Of a stretch of DNA of 64,000 nucleotides, positions 40,167 to 50,136 are shown piece by piece; position 1 is the first letter of the stretch, and every line of letters begins with the position of its first letter. Position numbers and translations under genes: made by a program. Below the pieces are notes generated by a model. It was not told where the DNA came from and searched no databases. It saw nothing but the letters and a program-made list of their open reading frames with translations. Origin of the DNA: Candidatus Calditenuaceae archaeon HR02 (GTDB lineage: Archaea > Thermoproteota > Nitrososphaeria_A > Caldarchaeales > Calditenuaceae); NCBI GenBank assembly GCA_002898395.1, contig BEHE01000005.1, positions 1 through 64,000 on the forward strand, in the 5' to 3' direction.

Positions 40167-41402
40167 ATGCTGAAGACATCGGTCGTGTTTGAAAGGATTA
40201 AGGGTTTACCTACGGGCAAGCAGTACGTCGAGATTGTTGAGAGAAAGGGGCTAGGCCATCCAGACTACATTATAGACTCGGTATGCGAGGCCGCCAGTGT
40301 AGCACTCTCGAAATACTACTTGGAGAACTTTGGCAAGATATACCACCACAACTTGGACAAGGGACTGCTCGTTGGTGGCAAAGCTACACCTGTGTTTGGA
40401 GGCGGAACACTAGACGAGCCCATATACATCATAATAGCGGGCAGGGCGACAACCTTCATAAAGACGCCAACCAACAGGTACGTAGTTCCAGTGGATGAAT
40501 TGCTTAAAGAGGCCATTAGATCGTTTATCAAAAACAACTTCAGGTTCCTTGACCCGGACAAGCACATAGTCTCGGATAGCAGGATAAGGCCTGGAAGCGC
40601 TGACCTGGTGAGGATAGTGGAGTATGATAAGGGTGCAGCGCCTCTCTCCAACGATACCTCTTTTGGAGTCGGCTACGCCCCATTTACAACTCTTGAAAAG
40701 ATAGTGTACAGTGTGGAGAGGGAGATTAACAGCCCCTCATTCAAGAAGACGTTGAAGGAGAGTGGTGAAGACTGTAAAGTGATGGGTCTGAGGAAGGGGG
40801 ACAAAATCCATCTAACCATAGCTGACGGTATAGTTTCTCACCTCACACCAGACCTAGACCACTACATCTCAGTCAAGGAGGAGATAAGAGATAGGGTACT
40901 CGATCTGGCGGTCAAGATGTCAGACGGCATGGATGTGGTGGTAGATGTAAACACGGGGGACATGATCAATCTTGAGAGGCGGGAGGAGAGTAGTGTTTAC
41001 TTGACCGTTACAGGCACTTCTGCAGAGCATGGAGATGATGGGAACACGGGGCGAGGTAACAGGGCCTCTGGATTAATCACCCCCTGTAGACAGATGTCAC
41101 TCGAGGCTACGGCTGGAAAAAACCCGGTCTCCCACGTGGGCAAAATATACAACGTGGCAGCGTACAAGATCGCCGACAAGATCTACAGCGAGTGCAACGT
41201 GTTCGACGAGGTTTACGTCAAACTTTTAGCTCAGATTGGGCGAAGGATTGACAGGCCGCTCATGACATCCATTCAATACATCTCGAGTGAGAAGATCACT
41301 TCAAACGTGAGGAACGAGGTGAAGGAGATAGTCAACTACGAGCTGAAAAATATTACGAGGCTGACTGACCTGATTCTGCGAGGTGAGGTCCGCCTCTTCT
41401 AG
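40167..41402 (+). CDS. mat: Archaeal S-adenosylmethionine synthetase
   Basis: [36 protein letters not shown]. Confidence 0.96.
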   Translation: MLKTSVVFERIKGLPTGKQYVEIVERKGLGHPDYIIDSVCEAASVALSKYYLENFGKIYHHNLDKGLLVGGKATPVFGGGTLDEPIYIIIAGRATTFIKTPTNRYVVPVDELLKEAIRSFIKNNFRFLDPDKHIVSDSRIRPGSADLVRIVEYDKGAAPLSNDTSFGVGYAPFTTLEKIVYSVEREINSPSFKKTLKESGEDCKVMGLRKGDKIHLTIADGIVSHLTPDLDHYISVKEEIRDRVLDLAVKMSDGMDVVVDVNTGDMINLERREESSVYLTVTGTSAEHGDDGNTGRGNRASGLITPCRQMSLEATAGKNPVSHVGKIYNVAAYKIADKIYSECNVFDEVYVKLLAQIGRRIDRPLMTSIQYISSEKITSNVRNEVKEIVNYELKNITRLTDLILRGEVRLF

Positions 41403-42148
41403 TCTGCACTGCATAGGAACCTGTCAAGCCCCTTTCTCCTCCTCAAAATTTCCTGTGCCTTACGAGGTGAGAGTTGCCTAAACTCTACCCCCAATATTCT
41501 TGCCTTTCTAGCCGCTCTGCTTGATAATCGTGGGGCAACTATCATTTGCCTAGGCTTTGACCCAAACTCTTCTTCTATCTGGGTAGAGTACCTGACGAGC
41601 TGCTCGACATCACCGATATCCGCGCTCTCCCTCTTTATCTCTATTACCACAAGCCTCCCCTCCCTATCCACGCCGAGTACGTCGATATATCCACTTTTGG
41701 TCTTTCTCTCACTCTCAACGACTCTAAATCCATCCTCGATTATGCTGGGCTCCGCTATGATCGCCTGCTTCATATCCTCCTCACGGGCATGTATCTGGAA
41801 TTCGCCCTCATCCCTCAGTCCAAACGATGATAGGCTGAGTACTCGTGTGATAATGATTTTCAGCATTTCGGGTGGCGAAGTGCGCTTAGAGACAATCACC
41901 AGCTTCCCCTCCTCGCCCCAAACGTCTATGTGACTTCCGGCTGGCTGCCAGTTCGTGGGCTCATAGCCCGTAGGCCGGTGGACAAGAACGCTCCTATCTT
42001 GTTTGATAACTAGGAGTCTTTCTCCGCTGCTTAGCCAGCTGATGGACCGCCCCTCATAGAACACTTCCATCTCGCCGATTATTGTGACCAGTCTGCCGGC
42101 CGTGATTGCCGACTTGATTTCAGCTATAGCCTCGTCTATACCGATCAA
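41399..42148 (-). CDS. nucS: Endonuclease NucS/EndoMS
   Basis: YEGR, IKQDRSVLVH, PTNWQP, IDVLG..VIEIKR, QL.RY. Confidence 0.93.
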   Translation of the reverse strand: MIGIDEAIAEIKSAITAGRLVTIIGEMEVFYEGRSISWLSSGERLLVIKQDRSVLVHRPTGYEPTNWQPAGSHIDVWGEEGKLVIVSKRTSPPEMLKIIITRVLSLSSFGLRDEGEFQIHAREEDMKQAIIAEPSIIEDGFRVVESERKTKSGYIDVLGVDREGRLVVIEIKRESADIGDVEQLVRYSTQIEEEFGSKPRQMIVAPRLSSRAARKARILGVEFRQLSPRKAQEILRRRKGLDRFLCSAD

Positions 42149-42153
42149 GGTGG

Positions 42154-43758
42154 CTACGCTACCATCTTAGCCATGTAAGGTCCATGCCTCTCATATCCTT
42201 TCTTGGCATAGTATTCCTTGACTCCGAGCCCGCTGATCACTACAACTCTCCGGTAGCCCTCGTGTTGGGCGATCTCCTCAGCCCTTCTCAGGAGCATAGC
42301 GCCTATGCCCCGGTGCTGCCACACCCCCCGGTCAGGCCTACTGCCTACCGGCGTCATCTCACCATAGACATGTAGCTCCCTAACCAGGGCAGCCCCGTCT
42401 AGAAGCTCGTTTGCCGGCTCCTCGGGAAGCCTAAGCCTCAGCAGGCCGGCCAAGACCCACCCATCACTGGTCTCATAAGAGATGAAGACTTCTCGGCCCC
42501 CTAGCGTGTCGTACCATAGCTCCTTAACCCCCATGGATTGGAGGTGCTCCACGCTAGTCATTGTCTGCCTTCCCACCTCGCGACATCGGATGCACCTGCA
42601 GCGTATACCGCGCCTCTCCGCCTCCCTTTCTACCAGTTCCCTCAGGTTGCCGGGGTATCGACCGTCTACAGCAACCTCGCTTGGTATCTCACGCCTAATT
42701 CTTTGTATTCTGACGTATGGTGGTGTAAGTTCTATCGTCCGGACGAGGAGGTCGACCAGCGTCTTAACATCATATGGTCTGTACTCCCCCCGTTTCCAGA
42801 GCTGGTGTAGGGGTGTGTCTGGCAGCACCATGGTTGGGTAAATCTTGATGGTGTCTGGCCTGAAGCGTGGGTCTTGGAAGATGGTCCTATACATTTCGAG
42901 GTCTTTCTCAGGGTTAGAGCCTGGGAGTCCGGGCATAAAGTGGTATCCAACTTTGAAGGCCCTGTCCCTGAGTATTCGTGTTGCATCTACAACGTCTTGG
43001 ACGGTGTGTCCTCGGGCTATGAGGCGATATATCTCGTCATCAAGTGCTTGTACGCCGAGCTCAACACGGGTCACACCAAGCCTAACCAACTCATCTGCTA
43101 TTGCGGGTCTGACCCAGTCAGGCCTCGTCTCCACCATCATGCCTATCAAACGGGGGCGAGCCCACTCCGCCCTTCTCAGCGCCTCCTCAACACTACTTGA
43201 TTTGGAGTTATGAAGACCGTCGAGGGCCGCCTTAATGTATGTTCTCTGCGCCTCGAGGCTTGCTGATGTGTATGTCCCCCCTATGAATATGATCTCTACC
43301 TTATCGACTTCGTGACCCATACTCTCCAACCTTCTCATATAGTTTCTAACCTGTTCCTCGACGTTGTATCCGATGCTGCGCGCGTAGCTAACTACTGGCT
43401 CAGCTCCTGTGTAGCTCTGCGGGAACCCCGTCTGCCCCCCGCCCGGACAGTATATGCACCGGCCGTGCGGGCAGTTGAACAGCGGGATTACGGCTGTTAT
43501 TATTGTAACGCCCGACCTAGTCTTGACTGGCTTGCGTCTGAGCTGTCTAAGCATTGTGGATGGGGCTCCTCGCTTCTTTAACACTTGAATCAGCTCGATG
43601 TTGCTTGGTATCTCTTTAATGTCGAGCTTCCTTGCCAAAATTATCTTTGTAGCCGAGATACTTGTGCTTACGAGTTGCGACTCTCTGAGTAGAGCCTCTG
43701 CTAGCTTTTCAGCCCCCCTACTTCCTGAGGGGTTCACCGAACCGTCCATAATAGGCAA
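42154..43758 (-). CDS. elp3: tRNA uridine(34) acetyltransferase Elp3
   Basis: CPHGRCIYCPGG, ETRPD, CRCIRCRE, RELHVYG, QHRGIG. Confidence 0.96.
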   Translation of the reverse strand: MPIMDGSVNPSGSRGAEKLAEALLRESQLVSTSISATKIILARKLDIKEIPSNIELIQVLKKRGAPSTMLRQLRRKPVKTRSGVTIITAVIPLFNCPHGRCIYCPGGGQTGFPQSYTGAEPVVSYARSIGYNVEEQVRNYMRRLESMGHEVDKVEIIFIGGTYTSASLEAQRTYIKAALDGLHNSKSSSVEEALRRAEWARPRLIGMMVETRPDWVRPAIADELVRLGVTRVELGVQALDDEIYRLIARGHTVQDVVDATRILRDRAFKVGYHFMPGLPGSNPEKDLEMYRTIFQDPRFRPDTIKIYPTMVLPDTPLHQLWKRGEYRPYDVKTLVDLLVRTIELTPPYVRIQRIRREIPSEVAVDGRYPGNLRELVEREAERRGIRCRCIRCREVGRQTMTSVEHLQSMGVKELWYDTLGGREVFISYETSDGWVLAGLLRLRLPEEPANELLDGAALVRELHVYGEMTPVGSRPDRGVWQHRGIGAMLLRRAEEIAQHEGYRRVVVISGLGVKEYYAKKGYERHGPYMAKMVA

Positions 43759-44236
43759 TCTGCTCCAAAGGCAACCTATTCTTCCTACCTATAATCCTCT
43801 TTACAGGATAGCCGAACCCGACGAATCCTGCAATAGCTAGGTTAGGAGGAATCTTCAGCCAATTCCTCAGGGCTTCCTCATTATAGCCTGTACAGATGCA
43901 TGAGACTATCCCCCTACTCCAAGCCTCTAGCATCATATTAGTTATCGCCCGGCCAGCGTCGAGGAGGTGCCAAGCATATCGCGAGTCGGTAAGAACAACC
44001 ACTGCGAAGCTCGCGCCACCCACCCATTTACCCGTAATGCTAAGGTCAGCGAGTTTCTGAAGATCCTCACGCTTATCGAGAAGTATGAAGCGCCAGTGCT
44101 GACTATTCATCCCCGACCCAGCCATGCGGCCAGCATCCAGTATACTGATCTTATCCTCCCACGGAACCTCTTTCGGGGAGAAATTCCGTATGTCAAGCTT
44201 TGTCCGTATCACATTTGTAACTGATGTCAATGACAC
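43718..44236 (-). CDS. Nitroreductase family protein
   Basis: IRNFS, AGSGMNSQHWRF, DAGRA..NMML.A; start inferred from a TATA near 44260. Confidence 0.88.
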   Translation of the reverse strand: MSLTSVTNVIRTKLDIRNFSPKEVPWEDKISILDAGRMAGSGMNSQHWRFILLDKREDLQKLADLSITGKWVGGASFAVVVLTDSRYAWHLLDAGRAITNMMLEAWSRGIVSCICTGYNEEALRNWLKIPPNLAIAGFVGFGYPVKRIIGRKNRLPLEQIAYYGRFGEPLRK

Positions 44237-44271
44237 AGTTTGTTGTCTATATGGGCAAATATTAAATTTTT

Positions 44272-45981
44272 CTACCCGTATTTGAATCTGACACCGTGGC
44301 CGTCTCTCTCGTGACCGAAGTCTACTATGCCTGGTGGACCGATAACTCCGCATGTCCCACAGGCCACGCATGCCACGTGGTCGAAGTTCAGCCTAGCCCG
44401 CGCCATGTCCTCTATCGTTTCGGCCCTAGCCAGGGCCTTTGCCTTATCCCCCGCCACGCCCTCGGCAACTCTTCTAGCCAGGTTATACTCGTAGAGGTCT
44501 TTCAGGGAGGCGAAAACCCCCTTCTCTAGAACCAGAGTATAACAGTTTACAGGACAGGCCGACACCCACATCTTAAGCCTCTGCGCGGAGGCCTTGGCGG
44601 TATCCACTTTTATGTGGCTGTATTCCTTATCCTCGTCATAGTCCAGAAGCCCGGTCCTCTCTTGTACCCTCTTAATAGCATCAATGTTTAGGGGGTTGAA
44701 ATCTTTCTGGACTTTGGCCTCTACCTTCTCGCCGGTGAGCCGCAGCATAAACCTCGGCGCGAGTCTGTATGCGATTGAGGATTCGGTGAGCATCGCATTT
44801 CTCCCAGACCTCTGGACATCCCTGTAGATTGGTCTGAGCAACTCCTTATAGATGGCGAGGGTTTTAGCGCTGAAGTCCCCCTCCTTAGCGGCCCTGAGAT
44901 ACGCCTGTGCTGCCATAATCCCGGTAGCAACCGCCCGCCTCATCCCATCTATAAGGCCCCCAATCTTGATGAAGGCACCTAGTGCATCACCCGCAACTAT
45001 ATAGCCTGATGTGTAGGGCTGCGCTAGCATCGTTTTATAGCCCTTCGGAATATTATGCGCTGAGTACTCTACTAGCTCAGACCCTTCTAGGAGGGGCGCA
45101 ACCTCTGGGTGGGTTTCTAGGCTCTCGAGAATGTCGAGTGGCTTACCAAGGATATCCATCTTCTCTATGGCACGGTCAAGGAATGAGTCTAGCGAGATGA
45201 CAACGCCTACGCTCAAGGTGTCGTGGTTAGTGTAGAGGAAGCCGCCGCCATTTACACCCTGCATGACGTCGCCCATGTAGAAGATTGCCTTCCCCTCACC
45301 GGGCTTGAGTCCAAACCTCTCCTCAATTTTCTCGGGGGAAAGCCTGTAGACATGCTTAACACCATGATAGACTTTATCAGGGGTGAGAGGGGGCCTAAGC
45401 CCAGTCCTGTCTACAAGCCTTGAAGTTACGCCCGAGGCATCGATAACCAGGTTACATGTGACTGTTTCGGAACTCGTGATTACTCCTCTTACCTGGTTAT
45501 CCTCACGGTAGAGGTCCTCCACCGCCTTATAGGTGACCACCACTCCGCCGCTCTCAGATACCTTCCTGGCCATCCACTTGTCCAGCTTGGCCCTTAGGAC
45601 TGAATAGCCCTCCGACCCGGTCAAGTTAAAGCCCGTGACGCCCAGCTTGTTTAGGAACGAGCCCTCTCCTATCCGCGCCCTCCTATATACGACATTCCCA
45701 TTCCACGTCTCCGGCTGGGATAAGATGGCTACTTCGTGGGAGACTATCTTCCTCTCTAAAGGAGCCTCCTCCCTAAATCCAGGGAATGCGTCATCAAAGC
45801 TATACCCCGGGAGGTACTGGGTGTATATGACTCCCCCTGTAACGTTTTTTTGCCCGGGGACCTGCGCCTTATCGACTAGGGCTACATCGACTCCCTGTCG
45901 GGCTAAGTAGTTGGCTGCCGCGCAGCCGGCTGGGCCCGCCCCCACCACTATCACGTCGTAGTCAGGCTTCACCCTCGCCAC
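44272..45981 (-). CDS. fixC: ETF:quinone oxidoreductase FixC fused to a FixX ferredoxin
   Basis: GAGPAG, KNVTGG, EYSAH.IP, GDA; C-terminal CPVNCY..CVACGTC..GVRFKYG. Confidence 0.9.
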   Translation of the reverse strand: MARVKPDYDVIVVGAGPAGCAAANYLARQGVDVALVDKAQVPGQKNVTGGVIYTQYLPGYSFDDAFPGFREEAPLERKIVSHEVAILSQPETWNGNVVYRRARIGEGSFLNKLGVTGFNLTGSEGYSVLRAKLDKWMARKVSESGGVVVTYKAVEDLYREDNQVRGVITSSETVTCNLVIDASGVTSRLVDRTGLRPPLTPDKVYHGVKHVYRLSPEKIEERFGLKPGEGKAIFYMGDVMQGVNGGGFLYTNHDTLSVGVVISLDSFLDRAIEKMDILGKPLDILESLETHPEVAPLLEGSELVEYSAHNIPKGYKTMLAQPYTSGYIVAGDALGAFIKIGGLIDGMRRAVATGIMAAQAYLRAAKEGDFSAKTLAIYKELLRPIYRDVQRSGRNAMLTESSIAYRLAPRFMLRLTGEKVEAKVQKDFNPLNIDAIKRVQERTGLLDYDEDKEYSHIKVDTAKASAQRLKMWVSACPVNCYTLVLEKGVFASLKDLYEYNLARRVAEGVAGDKAKALARAETIEDMARARLNFDHVACVACGTCGVIGPPGIVDFGHERDGHGVRFKYG

Positions 45982-47068
45982 CTCCTAAACATTCTACGAT
46001 CTTAGGTAAAACTTCGTAGAGGTCACCTACAATGCCGTAGTGGGCAATCTGGAATATGGGGGCTGCGGGGTCTGTGTTTATGGCCACTATCTTCTTGGCC
46101 CTCATGATGCCGACCCTGTGCTGTATCGCGCCGCTTATCCCTGCAGCAATGTAAATGTCGGGTGAGACGGTCTTTCCAGTCTGCCCCACCTGTCTATCCT
46201 TGACAATTAGGCCTTCAAGCTCCTTGATACCGGAGTAGATCAGAGCCCTCGACGCGCCTATCTCGGCCACAACTCCCAGCCGCTTCTCAACAGCATTCTT
46301 TAACTTCTCCGCATATCTGTAAGCCTCTGCCGGGTTTCTCGGATTCCCCTTAGCGTCCTTCAAGACCCCCAAACCAAGGCTAATTATCACCTTCGCCTCT
46401 TCGAGCTTTACGGGACTCTTAGGAAGCCTCCACTCCTCCATAACCTCGACGGCAAACGCCTCTGGCGGTATCTCAACCTCCCATTTGACTACCTCTCCCT
46501 TCCGAGACTCGTCCCGCGCTAGTGGTGTAAATGAGCCGGGCCTGATGTTACTCATCTGAGGTCTGTGCCTCGGAGTGAAGATCTTGGCTATGCGTGTTGC
46601 GAAGTCAGGGCGTACTTGTGCGATGCAGTCCTTAAAGACCTTGGTCCCCTGTGGCGTATGCATTACAAAGTCCTCAACGAGGAGGTCTATGCAGTCTGCC
46701 GCTAATCCTGTAGCCGTCCTATAGGCTACGCGTGCGCCTAGCTCCCTACCCATCTCGTTAGCTACGAAGAGGAAGGCCCAAGGCTTTAGCTTAAGCACCA
46801 TGTCTGACAGAACGTAGGCATAGGGAATTGCCTGGTAGCTCTTCAGCAGAGGAGTATCACACACTATTACCTTATCTGCGCCGTAATAGATCGGCTCCGG
46901 AGCCACTTTCTCGAGGTTATATCCTAGAAGTATCCCCACGACCTTCATGTTCACTTTATCAGCAATCTTCCGGGCTCCTGCGATTATCTCCGTTGTCGGG
47001 CGGGTAAGCTCGCCGTCTTGGACCTCACAATAGACCCAAACGTCCCTATACTCAATGCTCTCTTGCAA
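45962..47068 (-). CDS. fixB: Electron transfer flavoprotein alpha subunit
   Basis: TGLAADC, QVGQTGKTV, GISGAIQH, AINTDP.APIF. Confidence 0.93.
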   Translation of the reverse strand: MQESIEYRDVWVYCEVQDGELTRPTTEIIAGARKIADKVNMKVVGILLGYNLEKVAPEPIYYGADKVIVCDTPLLKSYQAIPYAYVLSDMVLKLKPWAFLFVANEMGRELGARVAYRTATGLAADCIDLLVEDFVMHTPQGTKVFKDCIAQVRPDFATRIAKIFTPRHRPQMSNIRPGSFTPLARDESRKGEVVKWEVEIPPEAFAVEVMEEWRLPKSPVKLEEAKVIISLGLGVLKDAKGNPRNPAEAYRYAEKLKNAVEKRLGVVAEIGASRALIYSGIKELEGLIVKDRQVGQTGKTVSPDIYIAAGISGAIQHRVGIMRAKKIVAINTDPAAPIFQIAHYGIVGDLYEVLPKIVECLGGGEGEA

Positions 47069-48260
47069 TGCTCACCTTCACCCCAAACAGCTCCTCGACA
47101 AGATCCTCAAGGCTAAACACCTTGAGCATTCCACGTCCCTTTAGATGGTCTAAAACCTCGGGAGGCAGGTCATCCGCCTTACTGAGCCTCTCGAAAGGTC
47201 CATACTTCTTACCATTAAACTCAAACTCCTCTACGCGGGTCGAGAACACAAGGGTCTTGCCGACGAACTTCTGAACAGGTGGGCCCCCGATATCTATACC
47301 TGGCCCAACTATTGTCGGAGAACCTGCCAACCCGATCAATTGTGGGTCTGCGCCCAGCATATCCGCGTTCCATACCACGCTCTCTAGGACTTTCTTAGCA
47401 TAACTGTATAAGCGAGCCCTCTTCTTCAACCTGAGCTGTGGAGTATGGGGGCGATAGTCGGTAGCAATAGTGATCACGCATGGTAGAGGTACGCGAAGCT
47501 TCTGGACCATGTCGCCTAACTTGCGTTCGACGTAGATGCACCCGGCTTCTGGGTCGGCTTCAAGCTCTCTGACATACGTCACACTTGGAATGAATCTGCC
47601 AAGCATCCCTGAAAGGGCCTCAGCTACCTGAGGGCCAGTACTCCCCGTCTCACCGTCACTCGTCTTTATGCCTGCGATAACAACGAATCTTTCCACCTCC
47701 TGCCTAACCTTCTCCAATAACCTGACCGCCTCATCCCTTCTTATTTCACCCCTTAACACCCTCTCAGTCAGAGTCGATTGTTTGATCGTAGGTAATTTAG
47801 AGTAGACAATGTTCGGGACTAGATTCTTCTCATAGAGTTCTTTCGCCTTTTCTGCGAAAGATTGGGGACTCCCACCATCTTGCAGAAGAGATAAAAGCTC
47901 GTCTACGGCCGCTAAATGTGTCTCGACAACTTTTTTGACGCCTAGGCTGACGGTATATGCTGTAGCCCAAGTATCAGCGCCAGCCATCCTCCTGTCGCTG
48001 AGAATGTAGGACTCATCCACCCCTTCGACAGGAGCGTCATAGAGGCTCGCGGCTATGGGTTTAAGCTTGAAATCAGGTCCCATGGTCAGTGCGACAACCT
48101 TGCCGCCAAATGCCCTTTTCAAGTAATCAGCCGCCTCTATAGCCTTATAGTCAAACGGGTTCATAACTAGGTCCATCTCCTCCCTCCGCAGGACACCCCC
48201 GACAGTCACGATCTTAGTTGTTCTCGCAGGAACTGCCTTGTACAGAGATATGACAAGCAT
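47052..48260 (-). CDS. fixA: Electron transfer flavoprotein beta subunit (extended)
   Basis: MNPFD..AIE, TMGP, GADTWAT, DGETGSTGPQ, GLAGSPT. Confidence 0.92.
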   Translation of the reverse strand: MLVISLYKAVPARTTKIVTVGGVLRREEMDLVMNPFDYKAIEAADYLKRAFGGKVVALTMGPDFKLKPIAASLYDAPVEGVDESYILSDRRMAGADTWATAYTVSLGVKKVVETHLAAVDELLSLLQDGGSPQSFAEKAKELYEKNLVPNIVYSKLPTIKQSTLTERVLRGEIRRDEAVRLLEKVRQEVERFVVIAGIKTSDGETGSTGPQVAEALSGMLGRFIPSVTYVRELEADPEAGCIYVERKLGDMVQKLRVPLPCVITIATDYRPHTPQLRLKKRARLYSYAKKVLESVVWNADMLGADPQLIGLAGSPTIVGPGIDIGGPPVQKFVGKTLVFSTRVEEFEFNGKKYGPFERLSKADDLPPEVLDHLKGRGMLKVFSLEDLVEELFGVKVSIAREH

Positions 48261-48319
48261 GCATTATCGCGTAACTATAAGTAGAACCCGAAAATATATA
48301 GCTGAGGGCATTATTCCGC

Positions 48320-48770
48320 TGGGGCTAAAAACCTCTGACGCCTCAAGTCAGTCTTTATGACCTTTTTAAATCACTTCTCTTGAAGTGTTTTTAATGTCCT
48401 CTCCCAGCTCTCCTTGTCAGTCTTTATGGTTGGGTATAGGTCATCATCATACTCCCTGCCAATGTTATAAACCTCTACACCACGTTCTCTAGCAGTATCG
48501 GCTGTATTCATTAGCTTCTTGATAGGCTTCTATAGACATGAGGGTGGATATTTTATAGAATAGGTGGTCAGTACAGCCCTGGTAGAAGCCCCTCAGGATA
48601 GAAGAAGGTATGGGCGGAGCCGTGGTGCGGGATGAGCCTGTCACCAAACCTCTCATCAATGCGGCACGTATCGCCAGCCTCCCCTTCTGAGCAAGGCCTC
48701 TCGGAAACAGGCTCCAGCCCTAATACCACTCGGATAGTAGAAGCCTCAGACCTCATAAGCCCATACTCCC
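48320..48770 (-). pseudogene. Heavily degraded N-terminal RuvC part of a second IS110/Tas-like gene
   Basis: RERGVEVYNI..IKTD..TLQEK*FKKV matches LRRGVEVYCL..KSAKAD..AIEEKWFRRV of the plus-strand copy. Confidence 0.55.
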
Positions 48771-48781
48771 TCTTCAGCCCC

Positions 48782-48905
48782 TTATCTTGTTGGCTTGTTT
48801 CTAAGGTTTTGTGTTGCATCTGGGGCATCTGTTTTTATGTATTGTTGAGATTTTGAGGAGTATTTAAACCCCCTATTGTATGCACCGCTACCAGTGGCTG
48901 GATAG
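48782..48905 (-). pseudogene. Degenerate zinc-finger microprotein copy
   Basis: YPATGSGAYNRGFKYSSKSQQYIK..(RCPRCNTK in a shifted frame)..LRNKPTR*; homologous to 34415-34558. Confidence 0.55.
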
Positions 48906-49079
48906 TGTCTTAGATTCACATTCTCAAGCCTTACTTTAAGAATGTCTGTGGAGTAGTCTTACCCTGATTGGCCTATCCCTGTTTAATAGTAGTTCTGAGG
49001 CCTTGGCAGTTATCCTCACCCTAAGCCTGCCTGAGTCGATATCGTATTCTAGGCTCCCTAGTATAGAGGCCTTCCTCGA

Positions 49080-49217
49080 GTGGGTAAGTATAGGGCTGGC
49101 TACAAATACTGTAGTCGATGTAGGACGTTTCAGCTAACCGATAGTGTCTATTGCCCATACTGTGGTGTGAGGCTTAGGGCTAGGCCTAGTCGTGAATGTA
49201 GGGAGAGGTGGGCCTAA
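49080..49217 (+). CDS. Zinc-finger microprotein (45 aa, below the ORF-track cutoff)
   Basis: MGKYRAGYKYCSRCRTFQLTDSVYCPYCGVRLRARPSRECRERWA; intact CxxC..CPxC; two decayed paralogs in the window. Confidence 0.7.
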   Translation: MGKYRAGYKYCSRCRTFQLTDSVYCPYCGVRLRARPSRECRERWA

Positions 49218-49253
49218 ACCGTATATTAGTGTCGAGGGGGTGGATGTGGTTTG

Positions 49254-50136
49254 ATGAGGTTCTACTGTGATGTTCACCGTAAAAGGGATGACAGCGGATA
49301 CAGGATAACCTACACAATGGATGGTGAAGACTTTAGACACGTTAATTCTCCATTGGAGATTCCGGCGGGCCCTGAGACCAACTGTTCGTGGATACTATCC
49401 CGAAAATTCATACGGATGGTTTTATTGAGCTTCTTAGGAGGGGTGTCGAGGTATACTGCCTCAGACGCCTAACACTGATTAAGAAGGCTAGGGAGAGGTG
49501 GGGGGTTAAGTCGAAGTCTGCAAAGGCAGACATCAAGGCTTTGATGGCTATTGAAGAGAAATGGTTCAGAAGAGTGGATGAAGACTTCCTTCATATGAGA
49601 AGAATGATCTCGACCTTCCAGGTTCTTCACAGGACTCTCGAACAGTATAAGAATAGAGTTTAGGCGGCCTCAAAAGATGAGAGGGAGGATATTAAGGATT
49701 TAATTAGGGTTATAGAGGCGAAAGTTGAGAAGCAGGTGAGGCGGATTATCGAGGAGGCTGGAAAGAGATAAGTGGTCTACAGCAAGATCGCAGAGGAGTT
49801 GGAATCTCCGATGAGAATCATTTGATGAGCAGAGAGGCCTTAGCTGAGCTAATGATCCATGTCGCTAGAAGTACGTCGTTTCATCGATTACGGAGCTACT
49901 TAGGACTCTTCAAGGCTAGAAAAGGTAAGGACAAGTTCTATAATAAGACGGCAAGAACAGCACTCATACGACTCACATCAGAAATACTAGGAAACACAAA
50001 GCACAGAGCCAGAGATGAAGAAAAACTACTCAAGAGAATCTGGAGACTAGCGAAGGAACACCATGAGAGGCTGGAAGGTGCCGGCCTAGACAACAGGGAA
50101 AAACCCAAAGAGAGGCCGGTATCCATGGATATATAG
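49254..50136 (+). mobile_element. Pseudogenised IS110/TasR-like RuvC-coiled-coil-Nop-like gene (~290 aa reconstructed)
   Basis: FYCDVH / LFVDTIP / KSAKAD acidic motifs, a coiled coil, then SFHRLRSYLGL; frameshifts near 49375 and 49802, stops at 49661 and 49769. Confidence 0.6.

Noticed and set aside
48347-48428. 13-bp direct repeat GTCAGTCTTTATG (48347-59, 48416-28) as a CRISPR or TIGR repeat
   Set aside because: Only two copies; on the minus strand both read IKTD inside the decayed RuvC remnant, so it is better explained as a local duplication
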